A stretch of DNA of 64,000 nucleotides from Verrucomicrobiota bacterium. Its GTDB lineage: Bacteria; Verrucomicrobiota; Verrucomicrobiia; Opitutales; Cerasicoccaceae. The notes under the pieces were generated by a model. That model did not search any database, was not told where the DNA came from, and saw only the letters and a list, made by a program, of their open reading frames with translations. How positions within the stretch are numbered: position 1 is the stretch's first letter; the number at the start of each line of letters is the position of its first letter. Made by a program: the position numbers and the translations under genes. Shown here piece after piece: positions 40,106 to 50,362 of this stretch. The stretch covers positions 1 to 64,000 of the forward strand of contig JBCBUK010000008.1 in assembly GCA_039818205.1 (NCBI GenBank), written 5' to 3'.

Positions 40106-42229
40106 CTAGAGCGAACCTGCAGCAGTTTGCTCAGTCGCCTTTCGAATCAAATCTCGCTCTTTTCCCAGTCTAAACTCAACGCCCTCTAAGAGCTCCGGTG
40201 TCTCACTGGACAACGCATAGGAGAGTAGAAAATAGGGTGCGATATTGTTTTTTACCTCAGGGTCGAATGCCATCGTAGCGAGTAAGCGCTGGCCCAGCTC
40301 TTCGCGCCCAGACTGCCGGTAAACAAAGGCTAGAACCGAATACATGTTCGAGTTTTTCGGATACTCAGCAATTAGGTTTTCAGCGTAGTAACGGCAAGAA
40401 GCTAGGTCGTCTTCATAGAGCGCCTTTAGATATACTACAAAGACTTGGTGGTAGGCAGCGTTGAGAAATGTATCGAGCGATATCTGTGGCAGAGAGGCCT
40501 GCAACTCTTTCTCGAGCCCATTGGAGTAGAGATACTCAAGGTATCGGCTAACGACAAGGGGGTTGTTCGACATGCGACGGAAGGATTCCTTATAGAACTC
40601 AAGTAGGCTGGCCTCATCGAGGCTCCGCACCATGAGTGCTTCAATCTCAACCCAGTCGTTTGTCTCGGCAAATTCCAGGGTTTGTTGCAGATACTCGCGA
40701 AATGCCGCGGTATCCCTCTGTTTCTTGGCCAGGAGCACTCGATAAGTTGAGCGATTGATCGGGGAAATCTGGAAGTCTCGTGATTCGGGAGGCAGGTCCA
40801 GTAAGCGGGCAGCTTCGACGAGGTCTGGCTCATCACCAAGGATCAAACGCTGTAGGTGCAGAGTTGAAACGCTGTTGTCGGATGCCAGCAGTTTATCGGT
40901 AACGATCTGGTCGGCGACTTCATAGATCTCGAAGATAAGGAACGACCGAATGCCTGCCTCTCGCTCTTCGGCGTCCTCCCAATCGTAGATAGCCATTACG
41001 CCATCAATGAGCTCTTGGCGATTAATTGCGTCGAATTCAAATGCTCGAAAGTAGGCATAGGCTTTATCATCGGGCTTAGCCTCGGGATGTTCAGCAATGT
41101 GGCGCAGGAACTTGTTGAAATCGAACCGCTCATCGTCAACCAGACGTCCTGGGTAGGCGATCACAAAGCGGCTGATTTCGATGCCGACCTCGTCATCCCG
41201 ATATAGGTGTTCGTCGATGTAATCGATTAGCCGATCCTGGGCTCCGTTAGTTCGATCGAACCAGAGTTGCTCGGCCAAAATGCCATGGATCGTCACGGTA
41301 TCTTTGCCCTCCTTGGCGTGTCGCTTTGCGAGCTGAAAGGCATTGACCAATCGCCCTTGAGCCAACATCAACCGGATTTCCGCATCGACCACGAATTCGT
41401 GTTCCGGATAGCGGTCCTTAAGCATTGAAAGGTAATCATAACCTACTTTGATCTGTCCGTAATCGGCGGCATTTTCAATGATGTTGGTTAGCGACTGCGC
41501 ATCGAAACCATGGATTTTCGCCAATCGCTCGTTCCACCAGATTAACTCCGGATTGCGGTTTTCTTCAGCGAGCTCGACCACGAGCTCAAGCGCTTCACGG
41601 TCATCCGGGCGAAGCAATGCAGCCGTGCGGGCTTTTCCGTAAGCTTTAACCAACTGATCCTGCTCCTTGAGTTCCTTAGCTTCGGCCAAAATCGCTTCGC
41701 TGCGCTCGGCCTTCACGGCCCTCACCCACCACGGAGCGGTTCCGATAACACCAACCCCGCCAACTACGGCGATTACCGATAGAATTCGGACGAAAAGTGG
41801 CAGTTTCAGCCAGACGAAGAATGACCATTCCACCGTGTTGAGCGCCTTGGCAATCATGCCGCGGTAGCTAAACCAGAGGTCGGCAATGGCGTCGCGAATC
41901 GACATGCGGCGCAGCTCATTCAGTTTGCGAAACGTTGCTTTGGTCAGCGTGATTGGAGACAACAAAAGCGAAACGAACCAGGAGCCGACCTGCTCCTTCT
42001 TTCGCGCATTTTGCATCTGAGACATTGCGCGCTTCTCTTCTCGCTCCCGTTGGGCGACCTTCTTGCGAGCCTCCGACGATCCCTGCCATTCGCCAACCTG
42101 CTTGCCGAAATAGCGAAAATAGCCACCCACGTGTCGGAAACGGCGTTTCAGTCCGTGGCGGAAGAAATGGCTGATGTCAGCGAAGAAGTCGCCAACGACT
42201 TTCTTTAGTTTTCGGAAGAAGAAACTCAA
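40106..42229 (-). CDS. Large helical (TPR-like) protein with basic N-terminus and one TM
   Basis: Long ORF; TM at LFVRILSVIAVVGGVGVIG; start placed at TTG 42229 to avoid overlap with purD (uncertain). Confidence 0.75.
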   Translation of the reverse strand: MSFFFRKLKKVVGDFFADISHFFRHGLKRRFRHVGGYFRYFGKQVGEWQGSSEARKKVAQREREEKRAMSQMQNARKKEQVGSWFVSLLLSPITLTKATFRKLNELRRMSIRDAIADLWFSYRGMIAKALNTVEWSFFVWLKLPLFVRILSVIAVVGGVGVIGTAPWWVRAVKAERSEAILAEAKELKEQDQLVKAYGKARTAALLRPDDREALELVVELAEENRNPELIWWNERLAKIHGFDAQSLTNIIENAADYGQIKVGYDYLSMLKDRYPEHEFVVDAEIRLMLAQGRLVNAFQLAKRHAKEGKDTVTIHGILAEQLWFDRTNGAQDRLIDYIDEHLYRDDEVGIEISRFVIAYPGRLVDDERFDFNKFLRHIAEHPEAKPDDKAYAYFRAFEFDAINRQELIDGVMAIYDWEDAEEREAGIRSFLIFEIYEVADQIVTDKLLASDNSVSTLHLQRLILGDEPDLVEAARLLDLPPESRDFQISPINRSTYRVLLAKKQRDTAAFREYLQQTLEFAETNDWVEIEALMVRSLDEASLLEFYKESFRRMSNNPLVVSRYLEYLYSNGLEKELQASLPQISLDTFLNAAYHQVFVVYLKALYEDDLASCRYYAENLIAEYPKNSNMYSVLAFVYRQSGREELGQRLLATMAFDPEVKNNIAPYFLLSYALSSETPELLEGVEFRLGKERDLIRKATEQTAAGSL

Positions 42230-42349
42230 AACACCACTATTGAAAGGGGGCGATATCGTGCCGGGCAACTGGAAAGTGCCCGGAAAATGCACGGAAATAC
42301 CGCATTCCGGTGTTGCGCGATTGGTTCCGCTCGGTTTTTGTCCGGGTCC

Positions 42350-43627
42350 ATGAAGGTATTGGTTATCGGTTCTGGAGGGCGTGAACATGCGTTGGTCCAG
42401 GCCTGTCTAAAGAGTTCGATCGTAAATTCGGTGGTTGCAGCGCCAGGAAACGGCGGCATGGCCCAGGAAGCTGAATGCCTCCCGGTGGACGTCAATCGCG
42501 TTGAGGAAATCGTTGCCTTGGCCAAAGAGGTCGCCGCCGATCTCGTCATCGTTGGCCCCGAGGCACCGCTCGCGATTGGCGCTAGTGATGCTTTGCGTGG
42601 CGCTGGCTTTGAGGTTTACGGGCCGAATCTGGATGGAGCGCGCCTCGAGGCCAGCAAAACCTTCACCAAAGACTTTCTCCTAAGAAACAATATCCCCACG
42701 GCCAAGGGCGAGCGATTCAAGGACTTTACCCAAGCACTCACGTTTCTGCAATCAGTCGAATACCCAATCGTCATTAAGGCCGACGGATTGGCCGCGGGCA
42801 AAGGCGTATTAATTTGCCCGGATTTCGAAGATGCCGAACGCGTTGCGAAAAACATGCTCGTGAAGAGCCAGTTCGGTGATGCTGGTCATGAGATTCTTGT
42901 CGAAGAATTTATGGACGGCGAGGAAGCCTCGATCATGCTGATGGTCAGCGGCGAAGACTACGTGATGCTCCCGGCTAGCCAGGACCACAAACGAGCTGGC
43001 GAAGGCGATACAGGACTCAATACGGGTGGTATGGGAGCCTACGCTCCAGCCGCCGTTGTTGACGAAGCCGTCGAGGCCAAGGTGCGCCAGGAAATCATCG
43101 AGCCAACCTTGAAAGCGCTCAAAGATGACGGTGTCGACTATCGTGGCACGCTTTATATCGGAATCATGGTTATGCCGGATGGTCAGCCAAAGGTCGTTGA
43201 ATTTAACGTTCGTTTTGGCGACCCCGAGTGTCAGATCCTATTGCCGCTTTTGGAGGACGACCCCGTCAAACTGATGCTGGATTGTGCTCGCGGAGAATTG
43301 AAGCCCGAATTGGTCCGGGTCAAAGATGAATATGCGGCGATCGTTGTGATGGCCGCAGGCGGTTACCCAGGTGCCTATCGCAAGGGCGATGTCATTTCGT
43401 TTCCGGGGGAGATCCCATCCAATGGTGCGATTGTCCACGCAGGGACGAAACAAAACGACGAGGGAGAAATTTTAACGGCCGGTGGTCGTGTCCTCGGTGT
43501 CGTTTCGACGGGCCCTACACTGCAGGCGGCTTGCGACGACGCCTACGCCCTGGTGGATCAGGTTTCCTGGAAAGACGCGTATTTTCGACGAGATATTGCC
43601 TGGCGCCAGTTGAAGCGCGACAGCTAG
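42350..43627 (+). CDS. purD: Phosphoribosylamine-glycine ligase
   Basis: MKVLVIGSGGREHAL, KADGLAAGKGV, QDHKR..GD.GLNTGGMGAY, EFNVRFGDPE. Confidence 0.98.
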   Translation: MKVLVIGSGGREHALVQACLKSSIVNSVVAAPGNGGMAQEAECLPVDVNRVEEIVALAKEVAADLVIVGPEAPLAIGASDALRGAGFEVYGPNLDGARLEASKTFTKDFLLRNNIPTAKGERFKDFTQALTFLQSVEYPIVIKADGLAAGKGVLICPDFEDAERVAKNMLVKSQFGDAGHEILVEEFMDGEEASIMLMVSGEDYVMLPASQDHKRAGEGDTGLNTGGMGAYAPAAVVDEAVEAKVRQEIIEPTLKALKDDGVDYRGTLYIGIMVMPDGQPKVVEFNVRFGDPECQILLPLLEDDPVKLMLDCARGELKPELVRVKDEYAAIVVMAAGGYPGAYRKGDVISFPGEIPSNGAIVHAGTKQNDEGEILTAGGRVLGVVSTGPTLQAACDDAYALVDQVSWKDAYFRRDIAWRQLKRDS

Positions 43628-43697
43628 ACCGGCTCTTTTCTTATTCGCGAACTAATTTTAGTGCAACGACCGCATACCCGAGTATAGAACCTTTGCA

Positions 43698-44192
43698 ATG
43701 GCTGATCGCGACCACATCATCATCGTTTGCACGGCGAATATTTGCCGTAGTCCAATGGGTGAACGCCTATTGGCCCATGGTCTGGCCGCTGAAGACTCAC
43801 CCGTAAATGGCTTGCGAGTCGTATCGGCAGGCGTTTCTGCCTACAATGGGGATCCCGCGTCGCAAAACTCAGTCTTGGCACTGAAACCTGTTGGATTGGA
43901 TTTGACCGATCACCAGAGCCAGCAGATCAGTCAGGAACTCCTCGACAAGGCATTTGCGGTTTTCTGCATGACCCAGACTCATCGCACGCTCATCGAGGTT
44001 CATTTCCGCAGTTTGCCCGCCCACCTGTTCCTTTTTCGGGAGCTGATTGGTGGTGGTGCCTCGGTTGAGATTCCCGATCCTTTTGGGCGCGCATTGGGTG
44101 AATACGAGATATGCCGAGATTCGATGGTCGAGGCCATTCCTAGCCTCCTCAAATTTTTACGTACGGAATATCCTAAATACGTTAACAGCTAG
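43698..44192 (+). CDS. Low-molecular-weight protein phosphatase (YwlE/PtpA family)
   Basis: P-loop CTANICRSPM, general-acid IPDPFG; upstream of rpiB. Confidence 0.92.
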   Translation: MADRDHIIIVCTANICRSPMGERLLAHGLAAEDSPVNGLRVVSAGVSAYNGDPASQNSVLALKPVGLDLTDHQSQQISQELLDKAFAVFCMTQTHRTLIEVHFRSLPAHLFLFRELIGGGASVEIPDPFGRALGEYEICRDSMVEAIPSLLKFLRTEYPKYVNS

Positions 44193-44197
44193 CTCTC

Positions 44198-44656
44198 ATG
44201 AAAATCTCCATTGGATCCGACCACGGTGGCGTGGACTTAAAAATGGCTGTCGTCGCCGCCCTACAGGCCGAGGGACACGAGATTATCGATCACGGCACGA
44301 ACAACCACGATAGCGTGGATTATCCAGACTATGGCGAGGCCGTGGCCAAGGATGTCGTGGCCGGAACCGCTGACTATGGAGTCGCTATTTGCACAACGGG
44401 GATCGGGATTAGTATCTCGGTTAACAAAGTAAACGGTGCCCGCGGAGCCGTCTGCCACAACGAAGATGCGGCAGAATTCTCGCGCCGCCACAACAACGCC
44501 AACGTCATTTGCTTCGGGCAGAAGTATGACACCCCCTATATGGCGATGAAAATGGTGAAGATCTTCATTGCTACGGATTGGGAAGGCGATGGCCCGGCAG
44601 GCGACCGCCATGCTCGCCGCGTCAACAAAATGGCAAAAATAGAAGCTGAGGATTAG
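44198..44656 (+). CDS. rpiB: Ribose-5-phosphate isomerase B
   Basis: GSDHGG, SVDYPD, CTTGIG, HNNANV, RHARRV. Confidence 0.96.
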   Translation: MKISIGSDHGGVDLKMAVVAALQAEGHEIIDHGTNNHDSVDYPDYGEAVAKDVVAGTADYGVAICTTGIGISISVNKVNGARGAVCHNEDAAEFSRRHNNANVICFGQKYDTPYMAMKMVKIFIATDWEGDGPAGDRHARRVNKMAKIEAED

Positions 44657-44694
44657 GAACCTACCCTGTTTGCCTTCAAACCATCTGTCTGGCC

Positions 44695-45807
44695 GTGTTC
44701 TTCAGGAAAAAGAGTAAAAGCCAACACCCGGAGATTCTTGGGTTTGATCAGCGGGTCGAACAATTTTGGTTGTGGTACGCCGAGAACGCAGGTCGGTTCT
44801 ACGATGTAATCGAGGATGGGCGTTGCGAAGATCTCACCGACGAAGTTGCGAACCAAGTCCAAGAGTTGCTGCCGGGAATGGCGTGGGTATTTGGTCCCGG
44901 CTCCGAGGAGAAAGGTGGCCATTCGTTTACCTTGAGCCCCGAAGGGAACGCTCATAAACGTTTATTGACGGAGTATTGGGTTCAACAGGCCCCGGATCTT
45001 GAGCATTGGACTTTTTATTCGAGTCGACAACCTTCGGTGAGTTTCTCTGGTTCCTGGGCCATTCAGATTCATGAGAAAGAGATCGTCGCTAGCGAAATTT
45101 GGGTTTCGTTGTCGCCTCGTCAAAGTGATCAGCATGTTGATCTCGTGGCTTGGCACCCAGCATTTGCTGAGCTGCCCGAAGGCGCCGCCTACCAGATCTT
45201 GTTTATCATGTTGGACGAAGTCCTTGGAGAAGATGGCGTTGAGAAGCAGTTGGGATCGATAGATATCGGGAATGACAAACTCGCGGAGGCGATCCCGCTG
45301 AACGAACTCCGGTCCGAACTGGAAGAACTTTCAAAAAACTGGGAGAAGCCTGCTGACGGCCGGTTATGGTCATCCTATCAATTGCCTGAACCCGATGACT
45401 CGTTCCCTCGATCCGATACGATCGCCGGCAGCTCATGCCACATGCGCCTAATTAACGAGTTCCTCAATTCAGAGGGCCAAACCTCTGAAGATCCAATCGG
45501 GAAACTCGGGGCAACATTCGCATTTATATCGTTCCCCAGTAGTCACTTGCCAAATGGTGAACAGGTCATTATTCGCGGACAAATGGAAGACAAAATCATT
45601 GAGAGTTTCGAGGCAAGCGGCCAGGCCCTTCATCTGGGCGGTGCGATTGGACGGTCTCGGACCTATATTGATTTGCTGCTATTCGATCGTGGTCGTGAAA
45701 GCCTTTCGCAGATTCGCGAGATCATGAAACCTTATCAGTTGCCCAAAGACAGCGCGGTTTATCCATTTTTCGGCAATACCGGGAAGGCGATTTTTGATTT
45801 AGCCTAG
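44695..45807 (+). CDS. Hypothetical cytoplasmic protein
   Basis: 370 aa ORF (GTG start) filling the rpiB-glyA gap; FWLW, LSPEG, LDEVLGE motifs. Confidence 0.75.
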   Translation: MFFRKKSKSQHPEILGFDQRVEQFWLWYAENAGRFYDVIEDGRCEDLTDEVANQVQELLPGMAWVFGPGSEEKGGHSFTLSPEGNAHKRLLTEYWVQQAPDLEHWTFYSSRQPSVSFSGSWAIQIHEKEIVASEIWVSLSPRQSDQHVDLVAWHPAFAELPEGAAYQILFIMLDEVLGEDGVEKQLGSIDIGNDKLAEAIPLNELRSELEELSKNWEKPADGRLWSSYQLPEPDDSFPRSDTIAGSSCHMRLINEFLNSEGQTSEDPIGKLGATFAFISFPSSHLPNGEQVIIRGQMEDKIIESFEASGQALHLGGAIGRSRTYIDLLLFDRGRESLSQIREIMKPYQLPKDSAVYPFFGNTGKAIFDLA

Positions 45808-45886
45808 GAGGCGATTTTCTCAGGCACAAATCCGCTTTTTGTTTTGCGAAAGCGGGGGAACTGATTCTAAATTGGTCCTTTAAAAT

Positions 45887-47158
45887 ATGATTACCGCAGA
45901 TTCGAACGTACTGGACGCAACCCCTCTCGCACAACTCGATCCCGAGATCTTTGCCGCCATGGAGCAAGAACGGGCCCGGCAACAAAGCCACATTGAGTTG
46001 ATTGCCTCGGAAAATTTCACGCTGCCCGCAATCGTTGAAGCGGCTGGTAGCGTGCTGACCAACAAGTACGCTGAAGGTTATCCAGGCAAGCGCTACTACG
46101 GCGGCTGCGAGTATGTTGATATCGTAGAGCAGGTAGCGATTGACCGCGCGAAAGCTCTTTTTGGTGCGGACCATGCCAATGTCCAACCGCACTCAGGTAG
46201 TCAGGCAAATTTTGCGGTCTATGCTGCCACTCTCAAGCCAGGCGATAAGATTTTGACAATGAATCTTTCCGATGGTGGACACCTGACCCACGGAAATCCC
46301 GCTAACTTCAGCGGAAAGCTCTATGAGGTAGTCCACTACCACGTGAGCTCTGAAGACGGCCGCATCGACTATGACAACCTGGCGGCACAGGCCGAGAAGG
46401 AAAAGCCGAAGATGATCACCGTTGGCGCCTCTGCGTATCCGCGGATTATCGATTTCGAGCGCATGGGTGAGATCGCCCGCAGCGTAGGTGCCCTGCTCCT
46501 GGCTGACATCGCCCATATCGCTGGTCTGGTCGCAGCAGGTGAGCACCCATCACCGGTTGCTCACGCTGATTTTGTAACCACCACCACCCACAAGACACTG
46601 CGTGGTCCTCGTGGCGGTTTGATCCTTTGCAAAGAAGAATTCACCAAGGCAATCAACAGCGCGGTCTTCCCCGGTGGCCAAGGTGGCCCATTGATGCATA
46701 TCATCGCCGCCAAAGCAGTCTGCTTCCAAGAAGCGGCAAAGCCCAGCTTCAAGGGCTACGCTGCCCAGGTTCGCGCAAACGCAGCGGCGATGGCCGACGC
46801 CCTGATCTCCAAGGGCTATCACTTGTCGAGTGGTGGAACAGATAACCACTTGGTATTGGTGGACTTGCGTCCAAGCCACCCGGACTTGACCGGTAAGGTT
46901 GCCCAGATCTCGCTCGATAAGGCAAACATCACGACTAACCGGAATACGGTTCCCGGTGAAACCCGTAGCCCTTTCCAAACCAGTGGCGTACGCCTTGGAA
47001 CCCCGGCAGTCACCAGCCGTGGCATGAAGGAAGCGGAGATGTCGCGCATTGTCGACGCGATTGACATCGTTTTGGGTGCTCCTGACAGCGAGGAAAAGAT
47101 TGCCGAAGCCAAAGCGATTGCATTGGAGCTAAGCGAACAATTCCCCCTTCCCTACTAA
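45887..47158 (+). CDS. glyA: Serine hydroxymethyltransferase
   Basis: [27 protein letters not shown] lysine [13 protein letters not shown]. Confidence 0.98.
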   Translation: MITADSNVLDATPLAQLDPEIFAAMEQERARQQSHIELIASENFTLPAIVEAAGSVLTNKYAEGYPGKRYYGGCEYVDIVEQVAIDRAKALFGADHANVQPHSGSQANFAVYAATLKPGDKILTMNLSDGGHLTHGNPANFSGKLYEVVHYHVSSEDGRIDYDNLAAQAEKEKPKMITVGASAYPRIIDFERMGEIARSVGALLLADIAHIAGLVAAGEHPSPVAHADFVTTTTHKTLRGPRGGLILCKEEFTKAINSAVFPGGQGGPLMHIIAAKAVCFQEAAKPSFKGYAAQVRANAAAMADALISKGYHLSSGGTDNHLVLVDLRPSHPDLTGKVAQISLDKANITTNRNTVPGETRSPFQTSGVRLGTPAVTSRGMKEAEMSRIVDAIDIVLGAPDSEEKIAEAKAIALELSEQFPLPY

Positions 47159-47320
47159 ATTAGGCGAACTTTTTTCGTGTTAACCCGCGGAAAAAGCAAA
47201 AAATTTTGCTTCCCTACCGGATCAAAGTGATATTCATAGATAACTTGTTTAATATATATTGAATAATATTAGCGCCTGAAATACGTGCTTAACATCAATC
47301 CCTTAACCCGAATCCCGGAA

Positions 47321-48028
47321 ATGACACTATCCCGCAAATCATTACGCCGCAAGGCGTTCACGCTCGTCGAGTTGCTGACGGTTATTGCTATCATTGGCAT
47401 CCTGGCGGCAATTCTTATTCCTGCCGTTGGTAAGGTGCAGGAAGAGGCGAAAAAGACCTCGGCTTCATCGAATGGTCGCCAAATTGGTCTTGCCTACAAT
47501 ACCTTCTCGAATTCGGGCGGGCGCACCCGTAACATCAAATCTGACGGTGCCAAGGAAAGCTTGGGCGCAGCAAGTGTTAGCGACTATGCTTGGATTCTCG
47601 CGAAATACGGCGGTCTGAATGATGCGTCTATCTGGTACATCGAGAGCGACGATGCGCTTTCAAATGCTGACATTCCTCAAACCGTTTTGGATGAAGCTGG
47701 AACCGGCACTCGCTTGGCAGATGCATCTCCGATCAGCTGGGGCGTAGTAACTGGACTTTCGAAGAATGCTCCAACCAGCACCACTCCAATGGCTGCAACC
47801 CGTGGTCTTGGCGCTGGCGGCGCATCAACAGAGTGGCAAGATGACTCTCCTTGGAGGGGAACTGGTGGCCACGTTGTATTCCTTGATGGCCACGTCACCT
47901 GGTATCAGGATTTCACCCTGGACCCACTCCTGAAGTATGGTGAGAGCACCGAGGCAAATACATTTTCAGATGCCGTCAATGAAACTGCGACTTACCTCGA
48001 AGACTCCGGTGGTAACTCCGGCGAGTAA
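47321..48028 (+). CDS. Prepilin-type N-methylation protein with H-X9-DG-like C-terminal motif
   Basis: KAFTLVELLTVIAIIGILAAILIP; GGHVVFLDGHV. Confidence 0.9.
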   Translation: MTLSRKSLRRKAFTLVELLTVIAIIGILAAILIPAVGKVQEEAKKTSASSNGRQIGLAYNTFSNSGGRTRNIKSDGAKESLGAASVSDYAWILAKYGGLNDASIWYIESDDALSNADIPQTVLDEAGTGTRLADASPISWGVVTGLSKNAPTSTTPMAATRGLGAGGASTEWQDDSPWRGTGGHVVFLDGHVTWYQDFTLDPLLKYGESTEANTFSDAVNETATYLEDSGGNSGE

Positions 48029-48058
48029 TTGACTGGCCTAGTATTCGTAAATTCTTTC

Positions 48059-48089
48059 GCCGGAGCACCCTAGTGTGCTCCGGTTTTTT
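48059..48089 (+). terminator. Intrinsic terminator
   Basis: GCCGGAGCAC-loop-GTGCTCCGGT-TTTTT. Confidence 0.85.
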
Positions 48090-48208
48090 ATGTACTGTCA
48101 TAGAGATTTCGCGTTTCGCGAGTAAAGTTTCCTTTATTGCGGTCAAAAACACTCGATTATTGAAAACGGGCGAGCGGACTGCTACGGATTCGTCTTTTGA
48201 ACACCTTG

Positions 48209-49885
48209 ATGAAGACACCGACTTATATTATTGGACACAAGAATCCGGATGCCGACGCGATCTGTTCCGCAATCGCGTATGCGGCTTACAAGGAGGCAAT
48301 TGGCGAGCAAGGGTATATCCCAGCTCGGTGTGGCAACTCCAACGCACGAATAGATGCCATTTTGAAGCGATTTGATGTCCCCCTGCCCCAGTTTGTGGGT
48401 GACGTAACGCCGCGGGTGCGAGACATCATGAAGCGCAACATTCATCATATTGATCGCAATGCGACCTGTGCGGATGCGCTCGAGATCATTGATGAGCATG
48501 ATATCCGTTCTCTTCCCGTACTCGAGGAAGATGGAACACTGGCCGGCCAGGTGTCGATTTTTGCCCTTGGTGAGTTTTTCATTCCGAAGCCTAAGGAGCC
48601 CCGTAAAATGAGGCACGTCCGCACGACCGTTCGCCAAATCATTCGGTCCCTCGAAGCGACCGTATTGTATGTCTGTGACGAAGACCGGGTTGGCGATTTT
48701 TTCGTTCGTGTGGGCGCCATGGATATCCGTTCATTTGGTCACTTCACGGAAACTGAGGGCATCAGCTTGAAGGAGAGCATTGTAGTCGTCGGTGACCGCT
48801 GGGATATTCAACAAAAAGCAATTCAAGGTGGGGCCCGTTTAGTGGTAATTACGGGCGGCCTTGAGGTTGAAGATGAGGTTGTGCAGCTTGCCCGAGACCT
48901 CAACGTTTCGTTGATTGTAAGCCAGTCGGACTCGGCGACCAGCTCATGGATCATCCGAACCTCGACCCTCTTGGAGCCGATGATTGATACGGAGGTTCGG
49001 ACCTTTGGACCGGATGAAAAGATTGCTCATGTGAAGCGCAAGGTCTCGAGCCTGAGTGCGCCGATTTTTTGTGTGGTTGATGACAGCCAGAAACTCCTTG
49101 GTCTGTTCTCGAAGACGGACCTGCTTAAGCCGATTCCGAAAAGTCTAATCCTCGTGGACCACAATGAGCTTGGCCAAGCCGTCGACGGCGCAGCTGATAT
49201 TCAGATTTCTGAAATTATTGATCACCATCGCCTTGGAAACGCGCCGACCGCACAGCCGATTTACTTCCGGAACGAAATTATTGGTTCTACTTGCAGCATT
49301 ATTGCGAGCATGTTCCGCGACTCTAAGATTGATCCAAGTCCGACAGTCGCCGGTATCATGATGGCCGGTTTGATTTCGGATACGTTGAATCTTCAAAGCC
49401 CAACCTCGACGGAAAAAGATGCTGAGCTACTACCGTGGCTGCGCGATCTTGCCGGGGTGTCGGTTGAGGAGATTTCGGACCTGGTCTTCAATTCCGGTTC
49501 GATTATTTTGAATTCCACACCAGATCGCGTTATCGAGACTGATTGCAAGAAGTATGAGCAAGGCGCAATCAAGTATTCGGTCTCGCAGATCGAAGAGTTA
49601 GGATACGACAATTTCTGGAAGAATAGTGACCAGATCACGGCAGCACTTGATGCCTACCGTGAATCGAATCAACTCGATTTCTCCTGCCTGCTGGTGACCG
49701 ATATCAACCAGCAGAATTCCCTGTTATTGACCTCGGGTGATGCGGAAATTGTTGGTAATATTTCGTTCTCTCATGTCGATAATCACCGAAATATCTTCGA
49801 TATGCCTAATATTGTTTCCCGCAAAAAGCAGCTGATTCCTTACCTGACTAGCTTGCTTCAAGGCATGGGAGTTGAGACCGTTTGA
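48209..49885 (+). CDS. ppaC: Family II Mn-dependent inorganic pyrophosphatase with CBS and DRTGG insert
   Basis: IGHKNPDADA, CBS segments, VGDRWDIQ...ITGG, LVDHNE, IDHH, ISDTL..SPT, VSRKKQ. Confidence 0.93.
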   Translation: MKTPTYIIGHKNPDADAICSAIAYAAYKEAIGEQGYIPARCGNSNARIDAILKRFDVPLPQFVGDVTPRVRDIMKRNIHHIDRNATCADALEIIDEHDIRSLPVLEEDGTLAGQVSIFALGEFFIPKPKEPRKMRHVRTTVRQIIRSLEATVLYVCDEDRVGDFFVRVGAMDIRSFGHFTETEGISLKESIVVVGDRWDIQQKAIQGGARLVVITGGLEVEDEVVQLARDLNVSLIVSQSDSATSSWIIRTSTLLEPMIDTEVRTFGPDEKIAHVKRKVSSLSAPIFCVVDDSQKLLGLFSKTDLLKPIPKSLILVDHNELGQAVDGAADIQISEIIDHHRLGNAPTAQPIYFRNEIIGSTCSIIASMFRDSKIDPSPTVAGIMMAGLISDTLNLQSPTSTEKDAELLPWLRDLAGVSVEEISDLVFNSGSIILNSTPDRVIETDCKKYEQGAIKYSVSQIEELGYDNFWKNSDQITAALDAYRESNQLDFSCLLVTDINQQNSLLLTSGDAEIVGNISFSHVDNHRNIFDMPNIVSRKKQLIPYLTSLLQGMGVETV

Positions 49886-49898
49886 GCTAGACACGCAC

Positions 49899-50144
49899 AT
49901 GCAAGAAAATCACTGTCCATCAATGGAATCCTGCCCCAACGATACGAAAGCAATACAAGCGCTTATCCACGATCTCAACGGGCAAATATTCTTGATTCGC
50001 GGTCATGCTGAGATCGCAAAACGCTCCGAAAAGATGGAGCAGCGTGACGACAGCTTGAACAAAATTCAGGAAGGAACGGATGAGCTGGAACGCCTGGTGA
50101 AGGCGATTCGGGCGAATGTCGAGCAGTTCCGCCGCGGTGATTGA
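49899..50144 (+). CDS. Stand-alone histidine-kinase DHp (HisKA-like) small protein
   Basis: H-box IHDLNGQIFLIRGHAEI followed by a second helix; no ATPase domain. Confidence 0.6.
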   Translation: MQENHCPSMESCPNDTKAIQALIHDLNGQIFLIRGHAEIAKRSEKMEQRDDSLNKIQEGTDELERLVKAIRANVEQFRRGD

Positions 50145-50362
50145 TTGCGCCTGCAATATCGCTTAACTGGTGCATTTATCGTCCGATTAATCACTTACGG
50201 ACAATGAAACTACCGAGAAATAGAATTATCAGCACCGTAACGAGTCTGACCGAGATTCCTGAGCCAAGACAGAGTCCACAGTCCTTACCGGATGAGAATG
50301 ACGAGAAAGTCCTTCGATTAACTGCAGAGCGTGTCCTTGAGACTGCCCTGTTCGATCTATGG

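Noticed and set aside
42230..42388. Overlapping divergent ORF extensions of purD and the TPR-like gene
   Set aside because: Artefact of longest-ORF calling; PurD homology begins at ATG 42350.
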